A stretch of DNA of 64,000 bases from Azolla caroliniana. Its lineage: Eukaryota > Plantae > Polypodiophyta. This document shows positions 49,583 through 59,759 of the stretch, in pieces; position 1 is the first letter of the stretch, and each line of letters starts with the position of its first letter. The translations under genes were made by a program, and so were the position numbers. The notes beneath the pieces are model-generated. The model did no database searches, had not been told where the DNA came from, and saw only the letters and a program-made list of their open reading frames with translations. Location: positions 20,274,001-20,338,000 of the forward strand of contig JBHGNT010000006.1 in NCBI GenBank assembly GCA_043228905.1. The letters are read 5' to 3'.

Positions 49583-52500
49583 TCAATTAGATTCCTCCAT
49601 GTCTTCATTTTCATCCGGCCTATTATGTTCATCGTCGAGGTAATCGAGGTCAGGATCCTTGTCTTGTCTTTTCTTGAAAATCTTTACTCTTTTTCCCGCA
49701 ATGGTTACGACCAACCTTGATCCGTCTAGTTCCGCAAGGTGGTATGTGGCATTATCGTTGGCACTTGTCACCACATACGGCCCGAACCATCTTCTTGCGA
49801 ACTTCCTTGTTGTACTATGTTGATTGTCAAGGGTGCTGTCGTAAACCAAAACCCAATCCCCTTCTTCAATCTTCTTGGGACGAAGTCGATGCGTGTTGTC
49901 GAACCGAACTTTGTTCTTTACTCGGGCTGCCTTCATCATCTTTCGCGCTTTTTCTAAATCTTCAGGTCTTCTTTCAAGTTGCCTTATCCGCGCCGCTAAT
50001 AACTCTTCTCGGCTCATCTCGTTCTCCCACGGTATCGCTACCCATGAGGCGATCGTCCTTTCGATGGGCATAATCGGCTTTTGTCCATACATAAGCTCCG
50101 TCGGCATATACCCTGTCACCGAGCTATGTGTCGTTCTATCGGCCCACAAGGCATAGGGTAATAGTCGTGGCCAATTGCCGACTCGACCGTTGCATGCCCG
50201 TACGATGGCTTTAACGATAGGTCCATGCCCTCGCTCGATCTTCCCATTTGCTTCCAGATTGTAGGCAGTCGTGAGGGAGAGCTTCACGCCTAGTCTTTCG
50301 AAGAGCTTCGTTGCTTCGTGCGCGTCCAACTCCCCTCGGTCGGCCACTATCTTCCCTACACATCCATATCGGCAAACAACATCTTCAAGTAAAAATTTAC
50401 AAACGGCTGAAGTCGTCTTATTTGTCAAGGCTCGTCCTTCCACTTGATTTGTCAAGTCTTCCCTTGCGAGCGCTAAGTACTTCATTTGTCCCACTCCCAT
50501 TGGCATCGAGACCAGATCCACCATCCATTTGAAGTGAATGGTGAGTGGGTATGTCGGCTTTAACTCATCACGATGACGTATATTTGAATATATTTGGCAA
50601 GTTTCACATGTGGACATGAAATGGAGTACATCTTTGTACATGCTTGACCACCAGTACTTCTCCTTCAATTTTTCGAACGTCACCCATGTTCCTCTATGAC
50701 CTGCCCAAGCACTCTCGTGGAATTCGGTCATCAGCGTCTCTTGCTCTTCTTTCTTTACCACCACTCGACGTGGTATTCCTGTCCTTCTTTTTGGATGTCG
50801 CCAAAGGAATCCTCCTTTCAAGAAGTATCGGTAAGCTTTCTTTCGGATTCGTAGGGCCTCCTCCTTTGTCAACGAAGCATCTGTCATCAATGTTCTTAGG
50901 AATCTACCGATGAGTAACCATTCTCCTTCGTACTTGTTCTCGTTGAAGGCGTGGAGGGTTTGCATGTCCTGGTCTTCCGCCGACAATCGAGCCATCTTGA
51001 AGAAGTTGAGGGCGACATCTTCATCTTCCGAAACCATGTTACTTCCATTTGAAAATCTTGCCCTCGACAGCATGTCAGCCATGGCGTTCTTCTTCCCTGC
51101 GATGTGACGGATCTCTGGGTTTAAAGACTTGATGTAGGGCGATCCACCTTAGCATAGCAAGATCTGGGGTCGCACATCCCGAGACCATTCCGAGAATTGG
51201 GAGACAATCTGTCTCTATTATCACTTCTGACCCGATCAGGTAATCTTTGTCCGTCTTCACTGCCGACACAATACCCCAAAGTTCCCGCTTGACTTGGGCA
51301 TATCTTTGTTTCCGTTCGCTGAGAACCTTTGCTCCGAACCGGACGGCATATCGCGCATTATCTTCACCTTCTTGATTGATGACCCACCCGATTCCGATTG
51401 GGCTCGTATCTACGGTCACGTAAATTGGTTTCCCTTCGGCATAGTCGGCCTTCCTTAGTGCCGGAGCTTCAAGAAGCAGTTTCTTTAATCTTCGCATCGC
51501 CTCTGTGTGCTCGTCTCGCCATTCGAACTTTATTCTTTTCTTTAGTAGTCCATATAACGGTTCGGCGACATGAGCGTAGTGAGGAATCCATATATGATAA
51601 AACACGCACGCTCCAAGGAACCTTCGAACCTCCGTTTGGTTTTCGCATTCTTCTTTGATGTCTTGGATTGCGTTCACTTTGGATGGTGAGGGCTTCCGGC
51701 CGTATGCTCCACACAAGTGACCTACCACCAAGATCTCTGGTTGCCTGAATGCGGATTTTTCTCCCGAAAATGTCAAATTCGCATCTTCGAGCCTTTGAAG
51801 CACCTTCTCGCAATCTTTCATATGATCCGCAACGAACTTTCTACAACCTTCCTTATCTTTCGATTCATCTTTCTCCTCATCCGAACATCCTTTTATCGGA
51901 ATATCATCCAAGAATGGCATCGTGATGTCCGGAATGCAATCCTTCAAGACTTTATTCATGGCATTCACCATATGAGCCACCGAGTTTGTTGCGCCTTGGG
52001 GTAAGGTACACATCCGCACAAGCCCGATCGGAGTCCTCATGGTTGTAATTTCCCGACTGTCGATCGCCAATTGGAATTGGTCATATCCGGAGTAGAGATC
52101 GCCAATGGAGTAGATGGACCGGCCCGCAAATGCTTCGGCATATTCGTCCACGCTCGGACCGATTCCGGCATTTCGAATTGTCACCTTGTTGACGGGTTGA
52201 AGATCTTGGATGAATCGCAATGATCCATTCTTCTTCGGCACCGTGAACCACCTATTGGAATAAGGAGCATTCGACGGTTCTAGAATTCCCATACTCACCT
52301 TCTCCTTTAAGAGCTCGATCAGCTTCGGAAGGTGTGCTCTCGGAACCGGTATCGATTTCAAGTTCCAAGGCACATGAGGCACCGTGAAGATCACCATCGG
52401 CTCTATAATCTTTGGGTCGGCGCATCCGATTTCTCGTGGGAAGAATGCGAAAGCCTTCCCATGTCTCTCAAGCATATCGCGAAACATTCGGTCCTCTTCA

Positions 52501-53078
52501 GGGAGAAGGAAATTCTCCTTTCCAACTCGTAGCTTCCCCTTCATCTCTTTGGTGAAGACATGACCTATCTTCTTCGGATCTCTTAAGCTTGGATCGTTAG
52601 CAACTTCCTTCATCTTTTGCCAGCTATCTTCCGGTAGCGGAACCGCAACTGGCTTGATCTTCTTATCCACCGTTTTATATTTCGTGTTGATGTCAGCTTC
52701 CTTCATCGAGATGCCACGACGGTATTCATCGATGATAGCGTACATGTTGACGGAGTTAACCGAAATCACGCATTGGTTGTGAAGATAGCTCAAGTCCACG
52801 ACGTCCTCGATTTCGCCGATGGTGTCGTTAAATGAGGCTTCTTCCATAATATGAGTCACGAACTCCCCTTCTTCTATTATGTTCTCTTCTTTTAGCATCT
52901 TCTCGAATTCTTGTATCCGGTGCTTGTGCTTCTTGTCGGGTAGTACTAGTTTACATGCGCCACTAGGTGTGACACATGTTGCTTCTCCTTGCAATCCACG
53001 CACTCTTCTTTCTTGTGGGGTCTTGTGATTGCTCGGACTATTTGTGCCCCATGCTTCAATAGCCCGCTCTAAAAATCC
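49583..53078 (-). pseudogene. pol: Gypsy I pol (RT-RH-IN), one frameshift near 51135
   Basis: ORFs 51075-53003 (DLYSGYDQF, PFLDDI) and 49583-51082 (integrase, RWFGPY). Confidence 0.92.
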
Positions 53079-55273
53079 GAGGATTCGCCTTCGAGACTAT
53101 CTCGATTCCTTTCATGATTGGCTCGCACCGTTAGGAATTGGACCGATCTTTGGTTGTCAAGACTCTTTATTCGTGCGAAGGCTGTTCCATTATCGAACAC
53201 TCTGGTCTCCATCCGAGATGATGTGATATAAGGTTGCCCTAGGATGATAGGATGCGACGCCGATTCTTGTACGAAGAAGTGTTGATCCATCTCCACATCC
53301 CCGATCGTGACTTTGACATTGGGACAAGCTCCGTACAAGTCCTCCGTAGACTTTGTTGCCGCGCGAATCTTCCATCCGTGGTTTGTATTGATTGGCCATC
53401 TTCCCTTTTTGTAGAAGTCGGTTGACATGAGGTTGATCTCCGAGCCGTGGTCGATCAAGGCTACGACGGTCTCTTTCTTCTCCCCGATCTTCACCGGCGT
53501 CTCCGTTGTCGCTCGTGCCCAATGAGGTCGAGTGTAGTGGCTATCCACCATATCTTCATCGATTTCGTCTCTTGCCATCATTATGGCATTCGTTTTTGCT
53601 TTTTGCGGCTTCTCTTCTTCCTCGTCCAATTGTTGTCTCTTTCTCTTTACAAGGTCCACGATCGTGTCGTGGAACTCCTTCTTCGTAATGCCAAGCAATT
53701 CCCTCAAGGACAAAGTTACGTGGCTATCAAGAACTCGTTCTTCGAGAATCTTCTTTAGGTCCGTCGTCTGCTCTATGTCCGACCTTAGCTTATAGGTAGG
53801 TATAGTCCTTGTCCTCCGAGTGGGGTCTTCGACACCAACCTTCACGGGCCGAACCGTTTCTTCAACTCGTATGCTTGGCTCCCCTTTTCGGCTTGATTCT
53901 CGTTCCTCCGTTTGTAAAGGTCGACTCGTCTCCGTATCGTCCTTCTTTTTCGCGTTCCTTGTTTCATGTCTTTTTGATGGGCCTTGCTCTTCTATTCTCT
54001 TTCTCTTTTCTTCGACGAACACCTCGTGGTTGTCGCACATCACCTCTGCGAGTATGGTGTTGTCGTCCACCGGATCTGACCACCCGATTATGCTTTGCAC
54101 GTTTCAGTCCGCAAGCTCTACCTCGTTCGATGTGACTTTTCCCTTCTTCTCATATTCGAGAACGGAAGTCCAAAACTTTGCTCCCGCTCTAGCAGCTTCA
54201 ATCTTGTCTTTCCCGACTCTTATTCCGGCCGACGCAGCATAGTGCATCGCATCCGCATGAGTCGCATCGGCATCCTCCATAGATTTCTTCATTCCTCCTC
54301 TTCCGAAATTCACCCGTAGGGGTCTTCTAGTCTCGCTTGAGCAGATCATGTTGTCCTCTATGTATACGATATTTTGTCGAATCGCCTCTCGAAGGCTCGC
54401 ACAATCCCTTCTCATGTGGTCCATGCTATCGCACCACACACATCTAAAGGGTTTTTTTCCTTTAGGGCCCCGACGATTCATGTTGGCTAGCGTGACCTTC
54501 TCGAACTTCTTCGCTAGCTCTTCAATGATGTCGTCATCAATCTTCTTTTCTTCCACGTTACTTTGTCTCAGCGGCTCAGCTACTTTCGGCGGTCTTGCTT
54601 TCTCCGTGGTAGTCGGTCCCGTCAAGTCGGTGTCATCAACCCATTGGCGACGCTTGTCGAGCCTATTGCATGCCCGCTTCACCGCGATCCAGTCCGCTAC
54701 GAGCCCATTTGCTTGGGTATCATCTTCGAGAAGAGTCCCCAACTCCCGTCTATCCTTTATGTCCACGGCCTTCAAGAAGTACAAAGTCTTGTCCTCTTCA
54801 AGCAACACTTGGTCCGTATTGGGGAGACGACTAAACATCTGGTCGAATTCGTCGTACACCCTCGAGACGCTCATCTTCTTATTCTTCTTCTCTATCCACT
54901 TCATCAGGGCATGTCGAGTCATCCTCGTTGAGTCTTCAGTCACGAACTCCGCTAGTATCGTTTTCTCGAACTCAGACCATGTTGTCTTACCTTCTTGAAG
55001 CTCGATGACGCGTCTTTGGATGTTGTTGGCGACAACTCTCTTGAAGCTTGCGATTTGACGTGCCTCGGACACGTCCCTCTGATTCATCTCCCCTCTATAT
55101 GCATCAAGGAACTTCGTAACGTTCCTTCCATCGAATTGGCCCTCGAGCTCTACGACACGATCGACAGCCTTCTCCACGCTTGCGTCGTTGTCCCGAGATC
55201 TCATCATTTGCTCGACGATTAGCATCATCCTTTCGAGCTCTCCTGCTTGGTTGCTTGAGGACGCCATCTCCAA
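53069..55273 (-). pseudogene. gag: Gypsy I gag-protease, one in-frame stop at 54104
   Basis: Same-frame ORFs 54104-55273 (CVWCDSMDHMRRDC knuckle) and 53069-54100 (LIDHGSEINLM...ILGQPY). Confidence 0.9.
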
Positions 55274-55887
55274 GTATTAATCTCGACTTGATCCTTCCTA
55301 CCGCCTCTTTCACATCGGGTTCACCACTTAATTATGTCGTGAAGATCCGTCACCAACTGTGTCGTGCCTTTCGGCTCCGGATCGTTGCGTGAGTCGGGTG
55401 GGAACCACAGAGGTCTTGGACTAGGAGAAAAGAAGTTCGTGAGATAGAGATTAATTATGAGTAAATAGCAAAAAGAAAGATAAGAAACTCGTGAATCACA
55501 CGAGTATACTATATTAATTAGTACTTAGGGTGTTAAGAGAGAAGTAGATGTGTAAATCGTGAATCCCACGAATAATTTTTGTATTGATTAATACTTAATC
55601 CAAATAATCAACAACCCTTTATATATTTCTCTCCTCCTTATATAAGGAAGGAAGAGCTAAGCATGGCTTCATGCTTTTTTTTTACAAAAAGTGTTCATGT
55701 CCACTATGTGATGCTTTTTTATTTCCTAAGTATAGGGCTCATGCACGCTAGATGTGCATGAGTTATTTTTAGTGTCTCGTGTTTTTTTTCTTTTTCATAT
55801 ATTAAAAAAATACATGATTTACCTTTTAATAAAGGTATGCATAAATAAAGGTCTTATACGTATTAAATCTATATTTAAAACACTTAA

Positions 55888-55960
55888 GATAAGTTAATGT
55901 AATGGTAAGGTTGGGGTTTGTCAACGTGGAGGTGCAGAGTTCGAATCACGCCTTGCGCAG
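55888..55960 (+). promoter_or_regulatory. tRNA-like A/B-box cassette in the J LTR (second copy 62355-62427)
   Basis: TAATGTAATGG at 55895, GGAGGT, AGTTCGAATCA at 55938; T-run downstream at about 55976. Confidence 0.6.
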
Positions 55961-56147
55961 TAGTGAGTATTTCCTATTTTTTACATTTATGTCTCTTTAT
56001 CCGGCTCTTCCTTGCCGGTATGCCGTTTTCTTCCTTGCCGGTATGCCGTTTTCCTCCTTGCCGGTATGCCGTTTTCTTCCGGTTCTCACCGAGCACTCCA
56101 TTCTCTATCCGGAGGGACAAAAATATAATTTCCACATAGTGTGCAAC

Positions 56148-59100
56148 CTACACTACGACACTCGCCCCCTCCAAACCCGCACATCCTCCGGTATGTGCCG
56201 AAGTTCTTGATTCTTCGTATCCGTCTTCATCCGAAGCTTCCTCCGATTCTCCCCTTATGTCGACTATGAGTTGTAATCCACTTTCTTCGCTTCCCGCATC
56301 ATTGTGGTCTTCGTCCGATTGCTCCTCGTTGTCGGCCTCGACTTGGATCACATAAGGTTTGTCGTCGGTCCGCTTCTTGAAAATCTTCACCCGCTTCCCG
56401 GCTATAGGCACTCGTAGTATTGTTCCATCCAACTCGGACAGTCGGTACGTCCCGTTGTCGAAGACCTTCCGAACCTCGTACGGCCCGAACCACCTTTTCG
56501 CGAATTTCCGCATCGTTGTATGTTGATGGTCCAAGCTACTATCATAGACGATCACCCAATCTCCTTCTTCAATCCTCCTCGGTCGTAGTCGGTGCTTTGT
56601 GTCGAACCGGCTTTTGTTCCGGAACCGTGCTTCTTGTTGTCGGCGTGACGCTTCCGCTACATCTTTCGGTCTTCCCTCCAGTTGTCGTATCCGGACCGCT
56701 AGTAGTTCTTCCCGGCTCATCTCTTCCTTCCATGGTAGTATTGTCCATGTCGCGATTGCGGTTTCCGTTGGCATTACCGGTGCTTGTCCGGTCATGAGTT
56801 CTGCCGGCATGTAACCGGTCACGGAGCTATGCGTCGTCCGATCCGCCCATAGTGCATACGGAAGCATTTGTGGCCAATCCTTCACCCTTCCGTCGCATGC
56901 CTTCGCAAGTGCTTTCACGATCAGACTATGTCCTCGTTCGATCTTCCCGTTGGCCTCCGGATTGTAGGCCGTTGTCAACGTTAACCGAACTCCATGTTTG
57001 GCGAAGAATCCCCTAGCTTTGTCCGAGTCGAGTTCTCCCCGGTCCGCAATCACTTTTCCTACGCAGCCGTACCTACAAAACACTTCTTCCAAAAGAAATT
57101 GGCACACCGCGGCACACGTTTTCCTCCGAAGCGCTCGACCTTCAACTTGGTTTGTGAGATCTTCTCGAGCTAACACCAAGTATTTCTTTTGTCCAATCCC
57201 GGTCGGCATAGCTACAATGTCGACCATCCACTTGAAGTTGATTGTCGGTGAGAATGTCGGATGCAGCTCATCTCGGTGTCGGACCCCGGAGTAGACTTGA
57301 CATTTCTCGCAGCTTTCTGTGAACTCCGCGACATCTTTATACATGTTCTTCCACCAATATCTTTGCTTGATTTTCACAAAAGTTGCCCATGTTCCTCGAT
57401 GTCCAGCCCAATCGGATTCGTGGAACTCGGACATTATCCGGTTTCGTTGCTCTTTCGTCCCGACTACTCGAAGTGGTATCCCATCCGGTCTTTTCGGCGT
57501 CCTCCATATTAAACCGTTTTCCAAGAAGAACTTTTGGACTTGCCTCTTCTTCCTTCGGATCTCGGCTCTCCTTTCTTTATCATTGGTTGAATCCTCGACC
57601 TCTTGTAGCATCTTCCCGATCATCAAGGTTTCCCCCTCGTATTCTTCTTCCCGGAATTCTCGGATCACGTTCACTCGGCATATGTGTTCTGACGTGAAGT
57701 AGTCTTCGGAAACTTCTTCATTATCTGATTCGGTTATGTCGTCTTCAAACCGCGCCCTCGATAACATGTCCGCTACCGCGTTGTCCTTCCCCGAGATGTG
57801 TCGAACCTCCGGATTAAGTGACTTGACATATGCAATCCACCTTAGCATAGCCACATCCGGTATCGTACAACACCGCATCATCCCGAGTATCGGAAGACAA
57901 TCCGTCTCGATCACCACTTCAGCTCCGATCAAATAATCCCGATCCGATTTTATCGCCGACACGACTCCCCACAATTCTCTTTTGACTTGTGCATATCCAC
58001 GTTGCCTTTCGTTGAGGACCTTTGCTCCAAATCGGATCGGATACCGCGAACCATCCGAGTCGGCTTGATTGATGACCCACCCGATACCGGTTGGACTTGT
58101 ATCAACCGTTACTATGATTGGCCGCTCGTAGCTTGGCTTCTTAAGTGATTCCGCCCTCCATAGTGTCTTCTTGAGCTTCCTCATGGCTTTAGTGTGTTCC
58201 GGTTTCCACTCGAATTTCTTACCTTTCCGCAACAAGTGATAGAGCGGGTCCGCTATATGTGCATAGTGCGGAATCCATATGTGATAGAATGCACACGCAC
58301 CCAGAAACCTTCGGACTTCCGATGTTGACTCACATACTTCCTTCATAGCTTGAATCGCATCGATCTTTGTTGGTGACGGTCTTCGGCCGTAGGGTCCACA
58401 TAGATGTCCGACCACCAATATTTCTTCTTGCCCGAATGCCGATTTCTCCCCGGAAAGTGTTAGGTGCACATCTTCTAGCTTTCGCAACACTTTCTCGCAA
58501 TCATGAATATGGTCGACCACGAACTTTCGGCATCCCCGATCATCCATAGTCTCATCTTTTTCTTCCATCGCGCATCCTTTCATCGGAATGTCATCTAGAA
58601 ACGGCATCGTTATCTCCGGGATGCAATCTCGAAGCACCTTGTTCATCGCGTTCATCATATGTGCAACCGAGTTTGTCGCTCCTTGTGGTAGTGTGCACAT
58701 TCGAACTAGTCCTATCGGTGTCCGCATGGTAGTGATGTCTCGGCTCTCCACGGCTAGTTGGAATTGGTCATACCCCGAGTATAGGTCCCCGATGGAGTAT
58801 ATCGCACGTCCGGCAAAAGCTTCCGCGAATTCGTCCACTATCGGACCGACTCCCGAGTTCCGGATCGTGACCTTGTTCACCGGTTGCAAGTCTTGGATGA
58901 ATCGGAGTGACCCATTCTTCTTCGGAACCGTAAACCATCGATTTGAGTATGGAGCACTTGATGGCTCTAGAATCCCCATCGCCACCTTCTCCTTGAGCAA
59001 GTCGATGACTTTCGGAATATGTGCCCGTGGCACCGGAATCGGCTTCAGGTTCCACGGTACATGATCAATCGTGAAAATCACCATCGGCTCCACTATCTTT

Positions 59101-59759
59101 GGATCAATGCATCCGATCTCCCTCGATGTGAACGCGAATGCTTTGCCATGTTGCTCCAACATCTCTCGAAACCGTTTTTCTTCTTCTTGTAAGAGGAACC
59201 CACCTCCACCGATCCGAAGTTTCTTCCGGGTCTCATCTGTGAAGGCATGTCCGATATCCACGGACTTCCGAAGTGTCGGATCTCCCGAGACTTCTTTCTT
59301 CTTTTGTTCGCTATCGGCGGGTAGTGGTCCCGCGGCCGGTTTCACCTTCTTCTCCACGGTCTTGTATTTCGTACTTACCATTGCTTCTTCTTTGCGGAGC
59401 GCATCCGGCCCCATTTTCGCAACGATCTCGTACATCTCGACCGATTCCACCGGGACTACCCGGTTCCCTTGGCTTTTATCTTCCGCAAGCTCTTCAAGCC
59501 GTTGTAGTGTATTCCCATAGAACACTTCCTCAATCACTCCCACGATTTCTTCGTCTTCTTTTATTATTGATGCCGACCGTAACTTATCCTCCACTTGTCG
59601 GTATTGTTTTTTCATTCCTCCGGTTACGGCCGTGTACGTAGATGCCCCATCCGGGCCGATTCGTACTTGTTTTGCTCCGAGAGTTTTCTTCCTGTGTGGG
59701 GTATCAGGGCTTCTCGGACTATCACTTCCCCACTCCGCAACAGTCCGCTTTAAAAATCC
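56148..59759 (-). CDS. pol: J Pol (RT, RNase H, integrase with GPY motif, no chromodomain), probably reached by -1 frameshift
   Basis: Uninterrupted 1155-aa ORF 56148-59615; the frame stays open upstream to the slippery site at 59753-59759. Confidence 0.93.
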   Translation of the reverse strand, partial: GFLKRTVAEWGSDSPRSPDTPHRKKTLGAKQVRIGPDGASTYTAVTGGMKKQYRQVEDKLRSASIIKEDEEIVGVIEEVFYGNTLQRLEELAEDKSQGNRVVPVESVEMYEIVAKMGPDALRKEEAMVSTKYKTVEKKVKPAAGPLPADSEQKKKEVSGDPTLRKSVDIGHAFTDETRKKLRIGGGGFLLQEEEKRFREMLEQHGKAFAFTSREIGCIDPKIVEPMVIFTIDHVPWNLKPIPVPRAHIPKVIDLLKEKVAMGILEPSSAPYSNRWFTVPKKNGSLRFIQDLQPVNKVTIRNSGVGPIVDEFAEAFAGRAIYSIGDLYSGYDQFQLAVESRDITTMRTPIGLVRMCTLPQGATNSVAHMMNAMNKVLRDCIPEITMPFLDDIPMKGCAMEEKDETMDDRGCRKFVVDHIHDCEKVLRKLEDVHLTLSGEKSAFGQEEILVVGHLCGPYGRRPSPTKIDAIQAMKEVCESTSEVRRFLGACAFYHIWIPHYAHIADPLYHLLRKGKKFEWKPEHTKAMRKLKKTLWRAESLKKPSYERPIIVTVDTSPTGIGWVINQADSDGSRYPIRFGAKVLNERQRGYAQVKRELWGVVSAIKSDRDYLIGAEVVIETDCLPILGMMRCCTIPDVAMLRWIAYVKSLNPEVRHISGKDNAVADMLSRARFEDDITESDNEEVSEDYFTSEHICRVNVIREFREEEYEGETLMIGKMLQEVEDSTNDKERRAEIRRKKRQVQKFFLENGLIWRTPKRPDGIPLRVVGTKEQRNRIMSEFHESDWAGHRGTWATFVKIKQRYWWKNMYKDVAEFTESCEKCQVYSGVRHRDELHPTFSPTINFKWMVDIVAMPTGIGQKKYLVLAREDLTNQVEGRALRRKTCAAVCQFLLEEVFCRYGCVGKVIADRGELDSDKARGFFAKHGVRLTLTTAYNPEANGKIERGHSLIVKALAKACDGRVKDWPQMLPYALWADRTTHSSVTGYMPAELMTGQAPVMPTETAIATWTILPWKEEMSREELLAVRIRQLEGRPKDVAEASRRQQEARFRNKSRFDTKHRLRPRRIEEGDWVIVYDSSLDHQHTTMRKFAKRWFGPYEVRKVFDNGTYRLSELDGTILRVPIAGKRVKIFKKRTDDKPYVIQVEADNEEQSDEDHNDAGSEESGLQLIVDIRGESEEASDEDGYEESRTSAHTGGCAGLEGASVVV
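59696..59759 (-). promoter_or_regulatory. Predicted -1 ribosomal frameshift signal (G GAU UUU plus pseudoknot); homologues at 53016-53078 and 11871-11933
   Basis: Heptamer directly before the Gag-PR stop, 5-nt spacer, stem CGGACUGU/AUAGUCCG, loop GUGGGG pairing with downstream CCCCAC. Confidence 0.75.

Noticed and set aside
57261-59641. Long antisense ORFs over pol
   Set aside because: Shadow ORFs of a coding strand; no independent evidence.
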